From contig JAUWIX010000002.1 in assembly GCA_030608005.1 (NCBI GenBank), positions 817 through 64,816 of the forward strand: 64,000 nucleotides of DNA. Direction: 5' to 3'. Source of the stretch: Dehalococcoidia bacterium (GTDB lineage: Bacteria; Chloroflexota; Dehalococcoidia; Dehalococcoidales; BS750m-G39). A program made the position numbers and the translations under genes. Positions 27,677-36,870 of the stretch are shown here, piece by piece (positions within the stretch are counted from its first letter, which is position 1; each line of letters opens with the position of its first letter). The notes under the pieces were generated by a model. It ran no database searches and was not told where the DNA came from. It saw only the letters and a list, made by a program, of their open reading frames with translations.

Positions 27677-27718
27677 GCAGGTTACATCCAGAGCAAAAAA
27701 GTCTATAATAGCCATGTA

Positions 27719-28744
27719 ATGCCAGCAGGTAATATGACCATGCCCTTTGCCGACACGCCTGATATGAAGCAAGTAGAGGCGATTATCAATAGCTGGCAGA
27801 GACCTGCGCTGCCCATCCGCTGGAGATACCTCGGTGAGAGCAGTGTGGTGGAATTGGCTCACCTGGTGAGCCAAGGCTTAGCCGAGATACAGAGCGGTGG
27901 CTATAAGAGTCGGCTTGAAGTCAGTCTCACCGGCTGGCTCTACGATTTTATCCGAGCAAATGTAAAACGAGGCAGGGTTTTTGATTTGGGTCAGGTGCTA
28001 TTGCAGGGCAGTGCCGACTGCGTAGGTTATGCCAAGTTACTCACCCTGCTGGGTCGGCTATTTGGTCTTGATGTGGGCGTTATAGAGGTGGTGGTGGATA
28101 ACGCCGGCAGGTATGTGCCTCATACTGCTGTCCTGGTCAGGCTGGAGAACCGTCGCTGGCGCTTTATTGATTTGTGGTATGGGTCAAAGAATATCCGGCA
28201 TCTAAGGGTGGGATTGTGGGTGAGGTGGGGTGGAGCGTGGTGGATTGAAGACTTAGACCTGAAGGAGCTGGGCGGTGGGGAAGGGGTATGCTACCTGCCT
28301 GACCCTTGCGTGGATGCCATAACCCTCTATATTCGGGGGAATCGACATCTGGACAGGCAGGAGTATGCTGCTGCTATCGACTGCTATTCCGAGGCGATAC
28401 GCCTTTATCCCGGCAATGCCAGGTTGTTCTATAATAGAGCCATCGCCTATGAAAATTTGGGCGAATATGAGAAGGCAAAGGCTGACTATGCCCGCGCCTT
28501 TTCTGATGATGCTGCCCTAATACGCATTTTAGCCACTGAGCACGATGAGGTTATTTCTTTGCTTGACCTGGATGCCAGGGGGATTAGTAGCTCGGCTCAG
28601 GGAATATACTTGCTTTACCATGGGTTTGCCACCGGTAGGAAGGTTCCGCTACCGAGGGTAGCTAGGAGACTTGGCTTGTCTGAGGCAGAGACCGAGGCTA
28701 TCCTGTCCTCGGTGGAGGCTAAGTTAGCCATTGGTTCAGATTAA
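27719..28744 (+). CDS. Transglutaminase-like cysteine-protease-fold protein with C-terminal TPR repeats
   Basis: GSADCVGYAKLL...PHTAVLV...FIDLWYG suggests a Cys-His-Asp core. TPR repeats follow (AAAIDCYSEAIRLYPGNARLFYNRAIAYENLGEYEKAKADY). Confidence 0.55.
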   Translation: MPAGNMTMPFADTPDMKQVEAIINSWQRPALPIRWRYLGESSVVELAHLVSQGLAEIQSGGYKSRLEVSLTGWLYDFIRANVKRGRVFDLGQVLLQGSADCVGYAKLLTLLGRLFGLDVGVIEVVVDNAGRYVPHTAVLVRLENRRWRFIDLWYGSKNIRHLRVGLWVRWGGAWWIEDLDLKELGGGEGVCYLPDPCVDAITLYIRGNRHLDRQEYAAAIDCYSEAIRLYPGNARLFYNRAIAYENLGEYEKAKADYARAFSDDAALIRILATEHDEVISLLDLDARGISSSAQGIYLLYHGFATGRKVPLPRVARRLGLSEAETEAILSSVEAKLAIGSD

Positions 28745-28771
28745 GCCCAAGATATTTAACGGAGGAAGAAA

Positions 28772-29908
28772 ATGAAGCCCCTAAGCTACACCCAGATTTC
28801 TCTATACCAGTCCTGCCCCTTGTGCTACAAGCTACAATACATTGATGGATTAGAGTCAAAGGAGAGGGGGTATTTTAGCTTTGGCACTACCATGCATGCC
28901 TGTGCCGAGTACTTCTTTAAGGTGAAGGTACCTCCGCCACCCTCGTTGGATGAACTGCTTCAGTTTTATGAGCAGAATTGGCTTTCTGAGGGATATGAGT
29001 CAGCCGAGGAGAAAGCCAATTACAAGGCTTATGGTCGGGAGATGCTGGCTAAGTTCTGGGAGATTCACAGCTCCGATTTCAGGATGCCGATAGCTGTGGA
29101 GCACAGGTTTTATATTGATATTGAGGGGGTGAAGCTAAGGGGTTTTATTGACCGGATAGATAAGCTGGATAGCGGAGGGCTATCCATTGTTGACTATAAG
29201 ACAGATAGGGAACTATTTACCAAGGAGGATTTAGAGAAAAATCTCCAGTTGACTCTATATCAATTGGCGGTTGAGCAGTCCTGGTATCTTCCGGTGGAGA
29301 GGCTCACCCTGTATCACTTCAGGTCAAACACCCCTTGTAGTTGCCAGCCCAGGGGTGAGGCGCAGCTTGAGGAAGCTAGAAGCCTGGTGTTGGCGGTGGC
29401 AAAGGGCATTGCCGAGGAGAGATTTCCAGCTATTGAGAATGTGCATTGCCCCTGTGATTTCGCTGAGCACTGCCCCTACTACTGGCAGAAGACTATGCCT
29501 GAGCCCAAGGATACTGAGATTCTGGGGGGAATGCCGGTGGCTGAGGCGGTAGAGCGCTATGTTTCCTTACAGAGTCAGATAAAAGAGCTGCAGTTGAAGT
29601 TTGATGAGATAAAACAGATGGTTATTGATTTCTGCCAAGGTGAGGGGTTAAATCGGGTTTATGGCAGGGAGTATGCCATTACCTATAAGCTGGTGGAGAA
29701 AGCGGGTTTTAGTGAGGATGAGGTTAGAGCCTTACTTGAGCCTGAGGGGCTGTGGAATCGGGTGCTCGGCATTGACCCATCCAGGCTCAGGCAATTGGCT
29801 GCCGACGAGGCGGTAGCCAGGGATATCAGGCATAAGCTAGAAGCTCTAAGGAAGGTTATTTCCACCCACCCACAGCTATGGGTCAGGAGGCTTATTGAGG
29901 AAGAATAG
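28772..29908 (+). CDS. PD-(D/E)XK nuclease family protein (Cas4/AddB-nuclease-like, Cys-cluster)
   Basis: It has YQSCPLCY at the N-terminus, GFIDRIDKL...IVDYKT, QLTLYQ and HCPCDFAEHCPYY. An extension of about 130 aa follows at the C-terminus. Confidence 0.7.
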   Translation: MKPLSYTQISLYQSCPLCYKLQYIDGLESKERGYFSFGTTMHACAEYFFKVKVPPPPSLDELLQFYEQNWLSEGYESAEEKANYKAYGREMLAKFWEIHSSDFRMPIAVEHRFYIDIEGVKLRGFIDRIDKLDSGGLSIVDYKTDRELFTKEDLEKNLQLTLYQLAVEQSWYLPVERLTLYHFRSNTPCSCQPRGEAQLEEARSLVLAVAKGIAEERFPAIENVHCPCDFAEHCPYYWQKTMPEPKDTEILGGMPVAEAVERYVSLQSQIKELQLKFDEIKQMVIDFCQGEGLNRVYGREYAITYKLVEKAGFSEDEVRALLEPEGLWNRVLGIDPSRLRQLAADEAVARDIRHKLEALRKVISTHPQLWVRRLIEEE

Positions 29909-29931
29909 CTATTTCTTTATAGGAGCAAGAT

Positions 29932-30261
29932 ATGATTACATATGACGATTTTCTGAAGGTAGATATGAGGGTAGGGAGGGTGATTATGGTGGAGGATTTT
30001 CCCAAGGCTCGCCATCCATCATACAAGTTTGACATTGATTTTGGTCCTGAGATAGGGACTAAGCATTCTTGTGCTCAGTTAACCAACTATGGCAAGGATG
30101 AGCTTATGGGACGGCAGATAGTGGCGGTGGTCAATTTCCCGCCCAAGAATATCGCTGGCTTTCTGTCGGAGATGCTTATCCTTGGGGTGCCGATGGAGGG
30201 TGGGGTGGTTTCTCTACTGGAGCCGAGGGATGAGGCTGTAATCGGGGGCAGGGTTTACTAG
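29932..30261 (+). CDS. csaA: tRNA-binding domain protein CsaA
   Basis: F.KVDMRVGRV..VEDFP.AR.P.YK..IDFG is the typical CsaA/Trbp111 OB fold. Confidence 0.8.
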   Translation: MITYDDFLKVDMRVGRVIMVEDFPKARHPSYKFDIDFGPEIGTKHSCAQLTNYGKDELMGRQIVAVVNFPPKNIAGFLSEMLILGVPMEGGVVSLLEPRDEAVIGGRVY

Positions 30262-30309
30262 ACAATATGCTTGCATTTTTATCTAAATCCTTGTATCCTT
30301 ATCGAAAAG

Positions 30310-30535
30310 AATAGATGACCTGGAGGTGTCCGAGCTAGCTTGGGCATAACGGAGAGCAAGTCGGTGGAAGTCCGACGCAGTCCCGCCTACTGTGACTGAT
30401 AGATAATCTCTATCAGAAGCCAGAACGCCAACCTCCGGGCATCCTCAAACCTCCGCGGAGAAAGGGGGCGGGATGATGCTCAGAATGGATTGAGGAATCC
30501 CCCCTTGCACTAGAAGCAGAGGGGGATTAGTTTTG
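30310..30535 (+). promoter_or_regulatory. Cobalamin (B12) riboswitch with terminator-type expression platform
   Basis: The core is GGUGGAAGUCCGACGCAGUCCCGCCUACUGU (30363-30392) followed by GAAGCCAGAAC. P1 is cctggaggt/acctccggg. The hairpin aatccccc...gggggatt at 30496-30528 is followed by UUUU. Confidence 0.8.
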
Positions 30536-30564
30536 TCCGATACTAGCAGGAGGTAAATGTTTTA

Positions 30565-31482
30565 ATGAGAGTTATGAGATTAGTCATTGGTGTATTTATC
30601 ATTTTGAGCTTATTGGTAACTATGAGCGTGGGCTGCGCCCAGCCCTCTTTGCCAGCAACCTTTGTTGATGATATGGGCAGGGAGGTAACCATAAACGAGA
30701 TTCCACTGAAGATTGTGTCTCATGTGCCAAGCATCACCGAGACCCTTTTTGCCCTTGGCTTGGGGGAAAGGGTGGTTGGAGTCAGCGACTATTGTGACTA
30801 CCCTGAGGAGGCGAAGTCAAAACCAAGCGTCGGGAATTACTTTAACCCTTCCATTGAAAGTATCGTGGCTCTAGAACCGGATTTGGTGCTGACCGATGGG
30901 CATAGTGAAAGCATTAAACAGCTTGATGAACTGAGACCGCCAATTACCTATATGGTTATAGACCCTAAGGACATTGATGGCATTTTTAGAGACCTTGAAT
31001 TGCTGGGGAGGGTTACCGGCACCGAGAGGGAAGCTGAGAAGCTCATTGAGGATATGCAGAAGGATATATCTCATGTTCTCGCTTTGGTGGAAGGTGCTCC
31101 CCCAATTAGGGTTCTCTATATAATTGATGCTACTGACCCAACCCTGCCCTGGACGGCTGGTCCTGGCTCCTTTGTTGACTGGCTTATCACTATGGCTGGT
31201 GGGGAAAATATTGCTGCTGGAGCCCAGGGTGCCTGGGTGCAATTCAGCATCGAGCAGATAGTTAGCTCTGACCCTGAGGTTATCATACTCCCAGCTAAGC
31301 ATGGGACGGTGTTTACATCACCAGAAGTGCTACAGGGACACCCTATCTGGCAGAAGGTAACAGCGGTCAAGCAAGACAGAATCTGCATTATTGATGGAGA
31401 CCTTGTTGACCGCTCTGGACCCAGAATTGTTCAGGGTCTGGAGGAGATGGCAAGAATCATTCACCCTGAGCTATTTGAATAG
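30565..31482 (+). CDS. btuF: Corrinoid/siderophore-type ABC transporter substrate-binding lipoprotein (BtuF-like)
   Basis: It has a lipobox (MSVGCAQ) and a class III SBP pattern (IVSHVPSITETLFALG, VVGVSDYCDYP, PDLVL). It lies immediately downstream of the B12 riboswitch. Confidence 0.8.
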   Translation: MRVMRLVIGVFIILSLLVTMSVGCAQPSLPATFVDDMGREVTINEIPLKIVSHVPSITETLFALGLGERVVGVSDYCDYPEEAKSKPSVGNYFNPSIESIVALEPDLVLTDGHSESIKQLDELRPPITYMVIDPKDIDGIFRDLELLGRVTGTEREAEKLIEDMQKDISHVLALVEGAPPIRVLYIIDATDPTLPWTAGPGSFVDWLITMAGGENIAAGAQGAWVQFSIEQIVSSDPEVIILPAKHGTVFTSPEVLQGHPIWQKVTAVKQDRICIIDGDLVDRSGPRIVQGLEEMARIIHPELFE

Positions 31483-31507
31483 CAGAAACTTGATATGGGA
31501 GACAGAA

Positions 31508-32578
31508 ATGCCGGGACTTTTATCCGATACAATTGAAATGATAAAGCCTCTGGATAAAGAAGCAATGGCTGAAGCACGCTCCAGGCAGGACCAGTTGACC
31601 AAGCCCCAGGGTAGTTTGGGCAGGCTGGAGGAGCTATCTATTAAGTTGGCTGGCATTCAGGGTAAGCCTATACCTCAAATCAGGCACAAAGCCATTATCA
31701 TTATGGCTGGCGACCATGGGGTGGTGGTTGAGGGGGTGAGTGCTTACCCCGGGGAGGTAACCGCTCAGATGGTTTATAACTTCCTCAACGGCGGGGCTGG
31801 AATAAATGTGCTTGCTCGTCAAGCTGGAGCAAGGGTTGTTGTGGTTGATATGGGGATGGCAGCTGAGCTAGAAGCTAACCCTCGGCTTATATCCAGGAAG
31901 GTTGCCTTTGGCACCCAAAATATGTGTCTCTGCCCGGCTATGACCCTGGAGCAGGCAATGACATCAGTAGAGTCAGGGATTGAGGTGGTGGGGGCTGAGG
32001 TGGCTAGGGGTCTTGATATAGTTGGCACCGGTGATATGGGTATTGGTAACACTACTACCAGCAGCGCTATCTGTGCCGCTATGACTGGGAAACCGGTGGC
32101 TGAGGTAGTGGGTAGGGGCACTGGCATAACCGATGAGCAGTTGACACATAAAATAGAAGTGATAAAAAGAGCGCTAGCGGTTAACCACCCTGACCCCCGA
32201 AAGCCTTTAGATGTGCTGGCAAAGGTGGGAGGCTTTGAGATTGGTGGGCTGGTGGGGGTGATGCTGGCAGCGGCTGCTTACCGTATTCCTGTAGTTATTG
32301 ATGGTTTTATCTCTGGGGCAGCTGCCCTTATTGCTCTGGCGCTGGCACCGGGACTGCGGGACTTCCTTATCGCCGCTCATGTTTCGGCAGAGGCCGGTCA
32401 TAAACTGCTGCTCAGGCACCTGGGGCTTAAGCCCTTACTGGATTTGGACCTGCGTTTGGGTGAGGGGACTGGTGCTGCATTGGGAATATTTCTGGCTGAG
32501 GCGTCAGCCAGGACCCTAGCTGAGATGTCCACCTTCGCTGAAGCTGGAGTATCAGAAAGGGAGAAACCGGGCAATTGA
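31508..32578 (+). CDS. cobT: Nicotinate-nucleotide--dimethylbenzimidazole phosphoribosyltransferase
   Basis: It has LTKPQGSLGRLEEL, MAGDHGV, GDMGIGNTT and EGTGA motifs. The ATG at 31508 after GGGAGA is preferred over the track start, which overlaps btuF. Confidence 0.9.
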   Translation: MPGLLSDTIEMIKPLDKEAMAEARSRQDQLTKPQGSLGRLEELSIKLAGIQGKPIPQIRHKAIIIMAGDHGVVVEGVSAYPGEVTAQMVYNFLNGGAGINVLARQAGARVVVVDMGMAAELEANPRLISRKVAFGTQNMCLCPAMTLEQAMTSVESGIEVVGAEVARGLDIVGTGDMGIGNTTTSSAICAAMTGKPVAEVVGRGTGITDEQLTHKIEVIKRALAVNHPDPRKPLDVLAKVGGFEIGGLVGVMLAAAAYRIPVVIDGFISGAAALIALALAPGLRDFLIAAHVSAEAGHKLLLRHLGLKPLLDLDLRLGEGTGAALGIFLAEASARTLAEMSTFAEAGVSEREKPGN

Positions 32579-33324
32579 AGCTCTTAGCTGCTTTAAGATT
32601 TCTAACCATTATACCCTTGCCCGGGCGGCGCGAGATTAGCCCCGAGGAAGTAGGACGCTCTATAGTTTATTTCCCTCTGGTCGGTGTTATTATTGGGCTT
32701 ATTCTGGTTGGCTTGAATTGGCTACTGGGTCTGCTGTTGCCTTCAGCATTAGTTAATGTGCTGTTGGTCGTTTCTCTGGTGGCGATTAGCGGCGCTTTGC
32801 ACCTTGATGGCTTTATTGATACTTGCGACGGCTTAGCCAGTCACAAGACGGTGGAGGAGAGGTGGCGAGTGATGGCTGATAGCCGGGCTGGCAGTTTTGG
32901 TATTATCGGTGTCTGTTGCTTGCTGCTGGTCAAATATGTCTCACTGAATGCTGTGCCTGAGAGCTGGCTGATGCCGACCCTGGTGCTTATGCCGGTGGTA
33001 AGTCGTTGGGCAATGGTCTATGCTGTTTTTGCCTATCCTTATGCTAAGCCATCGGGTTTGGGAAAGGCATTTAAGCAGGGGGCTAGCTGGCAGAGGTTCA
33101 CTGTGGCAACGCTCATAACTTTGGCTGTGGCAGTGGTTCTGGCTCAACTGACAGGCTTTATTATAATGTTAGCTGTTTGGGTTATAGTAGTAGCTATGGC
33201 TGCCTATTTGAAGGGTAAGTTTGGTGGGCTTACTGGTGACACCTATGGGGCGATAAATGAAGTGGCTGAGGTTTGCCTTCTCATTCTGGTTTGTCTGCTG
33301 GCTCACCTCCGGTGGTTGGGCTAG
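32575..33324 (+). CDS. cobS: Adenosylcobinamide-GDP ribazoletransferase (cobalamin synthase)
   Basis: It has LRFLTIIPLP, HLDGFIDTCDG and GLTGDTYGA motifs. Its TTG start overlaps the cobT stop. Confidence 0.9.
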   Translation: MKLLAALRFLTIIPLPGRREISPEEVGRSIVYFPLVGVIIGLILVGLNWLLGLLLPSALVNVLLVVSLVAISGALHLDGFIDTCDGLASHKTVEERWRVMADSRAGSFGIIGVCCLLLVKYVSLNAVPESWLMPTLVLMPVVSRWAMVYAVFAYPYAKPSGLGKAFKQGASWQRFTVATLITLAVAVVLAQLTGFIIMLAVWVIVVAMAAYLKGKFGGLTGDTYGAINEVAEVCLLILVCLLAHLRWLG

Positions 33325-33371
33325 GTGAAAAATATTTTATTTAGGGGGGCAAGCTGAGCGAAAGGTGTGTT

Positions 33372-33923
33372 CTGATAATTGGCGGCGCTGGTAGTGGCAA
33401 GAGCCACTTTGCCCAGGAGCTTGCCAAAAAGCTGGGCGAGCCGGTGCTTTTTGTGGCTACGGCGGTGGCTGGCGATGAGGAGATGCGCCAGCGCATTGAG
33501 CAGCATCAGAGAACAAGGTCAGCAGCCTGGCGCACCCTTGAGGTTACCTCGCATCTCGGCAGCCAGATTGAGCAGAAAATCGGTGGTGCTCAGGTGGTGA
33601 TTGTGGACTGTATCACCCTTCTGGTTAACAATATTTTCAGTCAACACAGCGACCAAACTGGTGAGCAATTAGATGCCCCCCTTATTGAGAGGAAGCTTAT
33701 TGCTGAAGTTAGTGAGCTGGTAGAGTGCATCGGCCGGGTTAATGCCAACTTCATTATTGTTACCAATGAGGTTGGTCTGGGCTTGGTGCCAGCTAATAGA
33801 ATGGGCAGGTTATATCGTGATTTGCTGGCTAAAGCCAACCAGATGCTGGCGCAGGCTGCCGATGAGGTCTATATAATGGTCGCTGGCTTACCGTTGCCGA
33901 TAAAGCCAGCCAAGGGGTTATAG
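33372..33923 (+). CDS. cobU: Adenosylcobinamide kinase / adenosylcobinamide-phosphate guanylyltransferase
   Basis: The P-loop IIGGAGSGKS lies upstream of the first ATG (33444). There is no ATG/GTG/TTG after the in-frame TAG at 33342. The likely start is CTG at 33372 (SD AAAGG, 6-nt spacer) or CTG at 33354. Confidence 0.8.
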   Translation: MIIGGAGSGKSHFAQELAKKLGEPVLFVATAVAGDEEMRQRIEQHQRTRSAAWRTLEVTSHLGSQIEQKIGGAQVVIVDCITLLVNNIFSQHSDQTGEQLDAPLIERKLIAEVSELVECIGRVNANFIIVTNEVGLGLVPANRMGRLYRDLLAKANQMLAQAADEVYIMVAGLPLPIKPAKGL

Positions 33924-34682
33924 CCTTGGTCTTCGCCGTAGTGTTTCCTCTAGATTCAGGGGCACGACTTCTGGTTTTGGAGCCTGATACACATTTACCG
34001 CCTTTAGTCCGACAAATTCCTTTTCTATAATAGCCATTTCCTCTGGTGTTAATGGCTTGATAGGACAGGGGCGTAGCGGGGTGTCAAGCTGCACTTCATC
34101 AGGTGAAATTTGCCTAGCTATCTCTGCCATCTGTCTGGCATAGTCCTTATTTTTGGCGATGAACATCATTTGCAGGGCTAGCTTTCCCTTGAATTCCTTT
34201 CTGAATTGCTCTATGGAACGGAGTATTAGGTCAAGGGAATAGCCCACTATAGGTCTATTAATCTGGCGGAAAATCTGCTCAGCGGGGGCATCTATTTTGG
34301 CTACCACTACATCTGCCCCCATTAACTCATGACGCACTTCTTTTCTTGGCATGAGGGAGGAGTTGGTCAGAATTGCCACTGGCAGCGGCAGGATTGATTT
34401 GACTAGCTTTATAGCCTCTCCCAGGTTGCTGGCTAGGGTAGGTTCTCCTGTCCCGGAGAAGGTAACATAGTCAGCCGATATGCCTCTTACTGCCTCCAGC
34501 TCTTTGACTAACTGAGCAGTTAGCACGAACTGTTTTCGCTCCAGTTGGGGGTTGATTGTTCTGCCTAGCTGACAGTAGATGCAGTCGAAGGAGCAGGTCT
34601 TTTTCCCGGTAGAGATTAAATCTATCCCTAAGGACCTGCCTAGCCGCCACGAAGGGACGGGACCATAGATTATAGAGTTCAT
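33918..34682 (-). CDS. Radical SAM protein (function unknown)
   Basis: It has GPVPSWRLGRSLGIDL...CSFDCIYCQ (CxxxCxxC) and is 254 aa. Its stop overlaps the cobU stop (TTATAG). Confidence 0.7.
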   Translation of the reverse strand: MNSIIYGPVPSWRLGRSLGIDLISTGKKTCSFDCIYCQLGRTINPQLERKQFVLTAQLVKELEAVRGISADYVTFSGTGEPTLASNLGEAIKLVKSILPLPVAILTNSSLMPRKEVRHELMGADVVVAKIDAPAEQIFRQINRPIVGYSLDLILRSIEQFRKEFKGKLALQMMFIAKNKDYARQMAEIARQISPDEVQLDTPLRPCPIKPLTPEEMAIIEKEFVGLKAVNVYQAPKPEVVPLNLEETLRRRPRL

Positions 34683-34700
34683 CCTCCACCTCGTTTGTTT

Positions 34701-35531
34701 TTATATTGGCCACCCCAGCCAGTCAAAGACGCCGAGCATCTTTAGTCCCATGTAGAACATTATAGCAATGAAGATATAGCTTAGTTGTTTGGCTGGCAGC
34801 TTGTGGGCAGTTATAGCACCAATCTGTGCCATACCAACGCTGGTAACCGCCAGCAGAAACCATGATGTCAGGTTAACATAGCCGATGGTATAAGCCAAAT
34901 CTTGCAATTGGGGAACACCAAGACCATTTATAATATAACCGATAACACCACCGGTGCTGGTAAAGAGCATCACGGCTAAAGATGTGGCTATGGCATTATG
35001 CATCTTGAACCCGAGTGCCAGCACCATTACCGGAATCATCAATACCCCGCCACCAACTCCAAGAATGCCAGTTACCATACCTATTGGGATAGCCCAGGCT
35101 GCCCACAGCCATGGATTGTCCTTAGGCTCCTGTTCAATTTCTGGTGCTTTGGCGGTGAGCATTCTGATACCAGCCAGCAAAATTATAGCGCCAAAGGCTA
35201 TTTTTAGCCCTTCCCCGGGGAGGTGGGTAGCCAAGGTAGCCCCGCCAAAAGCACAAACTAGACCGCAGCTGCCCATGACAATGGCTGCTTTCCACCACAC
35301 CGCTTCCTTTTTGCTGTGCCTCCAGGCTCCGCTGGCGGCTGTGGGCAAAACAACCAGCAAACTGGTGCCAAACGCTAGCTTAATAGCTGTATCGGTAGGA
35401 ATGCCCATATCGGTGAATACCATGTACTGAACCGGGGTCATGATGAAGCAGCCGCCAACACCTAGAAGACCGCTGGCAAAGCCAACGCCAATACCGGTTG
35501 CTAGCAAAATAATGATATGAACTATGGTCAC
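34701..35531 (-). CDS. TauE/SafE family anion (sulfite-type) exporter
   Basis: It has 7-8 TM helices with duplicated G(V/L)GGG motifs (LLGVGGCFIMTP, ILGVGGGVLMIP). Confidence 0.8.
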   Translation of the reverse strand: MTIVHIIILLATGIGVGFASGLLGVGGCFIMTPVQYMVFTDMGIPTDTAIKLAFGTSLLVVLPTAASGAWRHSKKEAVWWKAAIVMGSCGLVCAFGGATLATHLPGEGLKIAFGAIILLAGIRMLTAKAPEIEQEPKDNPWLWAAWAIPIGMVTGILGVGGGVLMIPVMVLALGFKMHNAIATSLAVMLFTSTGGVIGYIINGLGVPQLQDLAYTIGYVNLTSWFLLAVTSVGMAQIGAITAHKLPAKQLSYIFIAIMFYMGLKMLGVFDWLGWPI

Positions 35532-36232
35532 CCGGCTATTTTCTCCACATCTAGCTTCACGCCGAGAAAGGCGCCAAAGGGGTTATTGACGAAAAGCAAC
35601 AACCTCTCCAGCTGGCGAAGATACTTATGCCAGCTTAATGGAAAAAACAGGGTGCTTCGCCACTCCAGAGGCACTTTCCCTACTGCTCTTTTGACTGTTG
35701 CTTCTATCTCCCAGATACTATAAAACTTCGCCCGGTTATAAACTGATTCCCGAAATCTACCCTTAATTCGGCGATTTATTGCCAGCAATGAGGTTTTGCT
35801 TAAAATTCCTAAGTAAATTTGTGCCCGCGCCACCCGAGACGCTTCCTTGAGCACTTTGGTTGGGTCGGAAACAAATTCTAACATGGTGATTAAAGTAACG
35901 ATGTCAAAAGAGTGTTTATCAAATGGCAATTTCTCAGCTTGCCCCAAATAAAGCTCAACATCGGTGCCGAGCCTCTTGGCTGCAATATCCAGCATCGGCT
36001 TGGAGGCATCAATGCCAACAGCCTTCAGCCCCAATTCCTTGAAAAACGCCAGGTTATATCCTGTGCCACAGCCGATATCGAGCAGGCTCTGACCACATTT
36101 AGGTTGAATCAGCTTGAGAAACAGCTCCTTTTCTAGGGCATCGGCGTATTGTCCCTGTGGTGTCTGATACCAAAGGTCATATTGCGTAGCCTGGGCATCA
36201 AACAGAGTCCTCTCCCAATTATATGCCATCAA
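35528..36232 (-). CDS. Class I SAM-dependent methyltransferase
   Basis: It has motif I LLDIGCGTGYN and a 4-nt overlap with the downstream gene. Confidence 0.7.
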   Translation of the reverse strand: MMAYNWERTLFDAQATQYDLWYQTPQGQYADALEKELFLKLIQPKCGQSLLDIGCGTGYNLAFFKELGLKAVGIDASKPMLDIAAKRLGTDVELYLGQAEKLPFDKHSFDIVTLITMLEFVSDPTKVLKEASRVARAQIYLGILSKTSLLAINRRIKGRFRESVYNRAKFYSIWEIEATVKRAVGKVPLEWRSTLFFPLSWHKYLRQLERLLLFVNNPFGAFLGVKLDVEKIAG

Positions 36233-36521
36233 ACCAACCGTGGTAGTATCTTCTTAGGTACTCATCGTGGGGATAGGTTCTTCTTACATCCTCTTCATTG
36301 AAGGAGTAACTATATTGAGCGCAATATTGCATTATTAGCTCGTATGCCTCGTTTATCTTTTTCATCATCTCGGCGCATTTTACCGTATCTGGGTCTTTAC
36401 ACTTATCAGGATGGTAGCGATTAGCCGCCCTTTTGTAGGCTGCTTTTATCTGCTTAAGTGTCGCTGTTTCTCCTAAGCCCAGTAACTCTCGTGCTTGACT
36501 TATTTGCTCAAAATCGGCCAC
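36219..36521 (-). CDS. J-domain (DnaJ-like) protein, 100 aa
   Basis: It reads LKQIKAAYKRAANRYHPDK, with the HPD motif. There is no G/F region or zinc-finger region. Confidence 0.7.
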   Translation of the reverse strand: MADFEQISQARELLGLGETATLKQIKAAYKRAANRYHPDKCKDPDTVKCAEMMKKINEAYELIMQYCAQYSYSFNEEDVRRTYPHDEYLRRYYHGWFDGI

Positions 36522-36523
36522 AC

Positions 36524-36829
36524 CTAATGCCCTAATTGTTTCTTCACTGATTCTATCTTGCCGCTCGTGCTGGAGGTTTTATCTCGCCGGTCATCAATCT
36601 CAATTATTGTTACCGCTCTCATAACTCCGGCATTGAAGACGGCTTCATGCATCTTCCGGGCTAAGGTGAGGAGGCGGTCTAAATCACCCTCAATAATTGT
36701 TCCCATTGCCGTTAGCTCATATTTTATATCCTTCTCACCCCGCAATACCTCCACCGCCCGGGCTACATATTGGCTAACTGAAGTGGTTCCAGTGCCCAAA
36801 GGAATAATGCTGACCTTAATTATTGCCAT
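36524..36829 (-). CDS. UPF0045 / MTH1187-YkoF-like (thiamine-binding-protein fold) protein
   Basis: It reads MAIIKVSIIPLGTGTTSVSQYVARAVEVL...YELTAMGTIIEGDLD, typical of this family. Confidence 0.75.
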   Translation of the reverse strand: MAIIKVSIIPLGTGTTSVSQYVARAVEVLRGEKDIKYELTAMGTIIEGDLDRLLTLARKMHEAVFNAGVMRAVTIIEIDDRRDKTSSTSGKIESVKKQLGH

Positions 36830-36870
36830 TTCTAGGACCTCAGCTTACTTTATCGAATTGAGTGGATGAT

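Noticed and set aside
33918-33923. Overlapping convergent stop codons (cobU/radical SAM at TTATAG, and similarly rsfS/ndk at 53947-53953)
   Set aside because: This is a real feature of the sequence. It is common in compact genomes and has no evident regulatory meaning beyond the absence of intergenic terminators.
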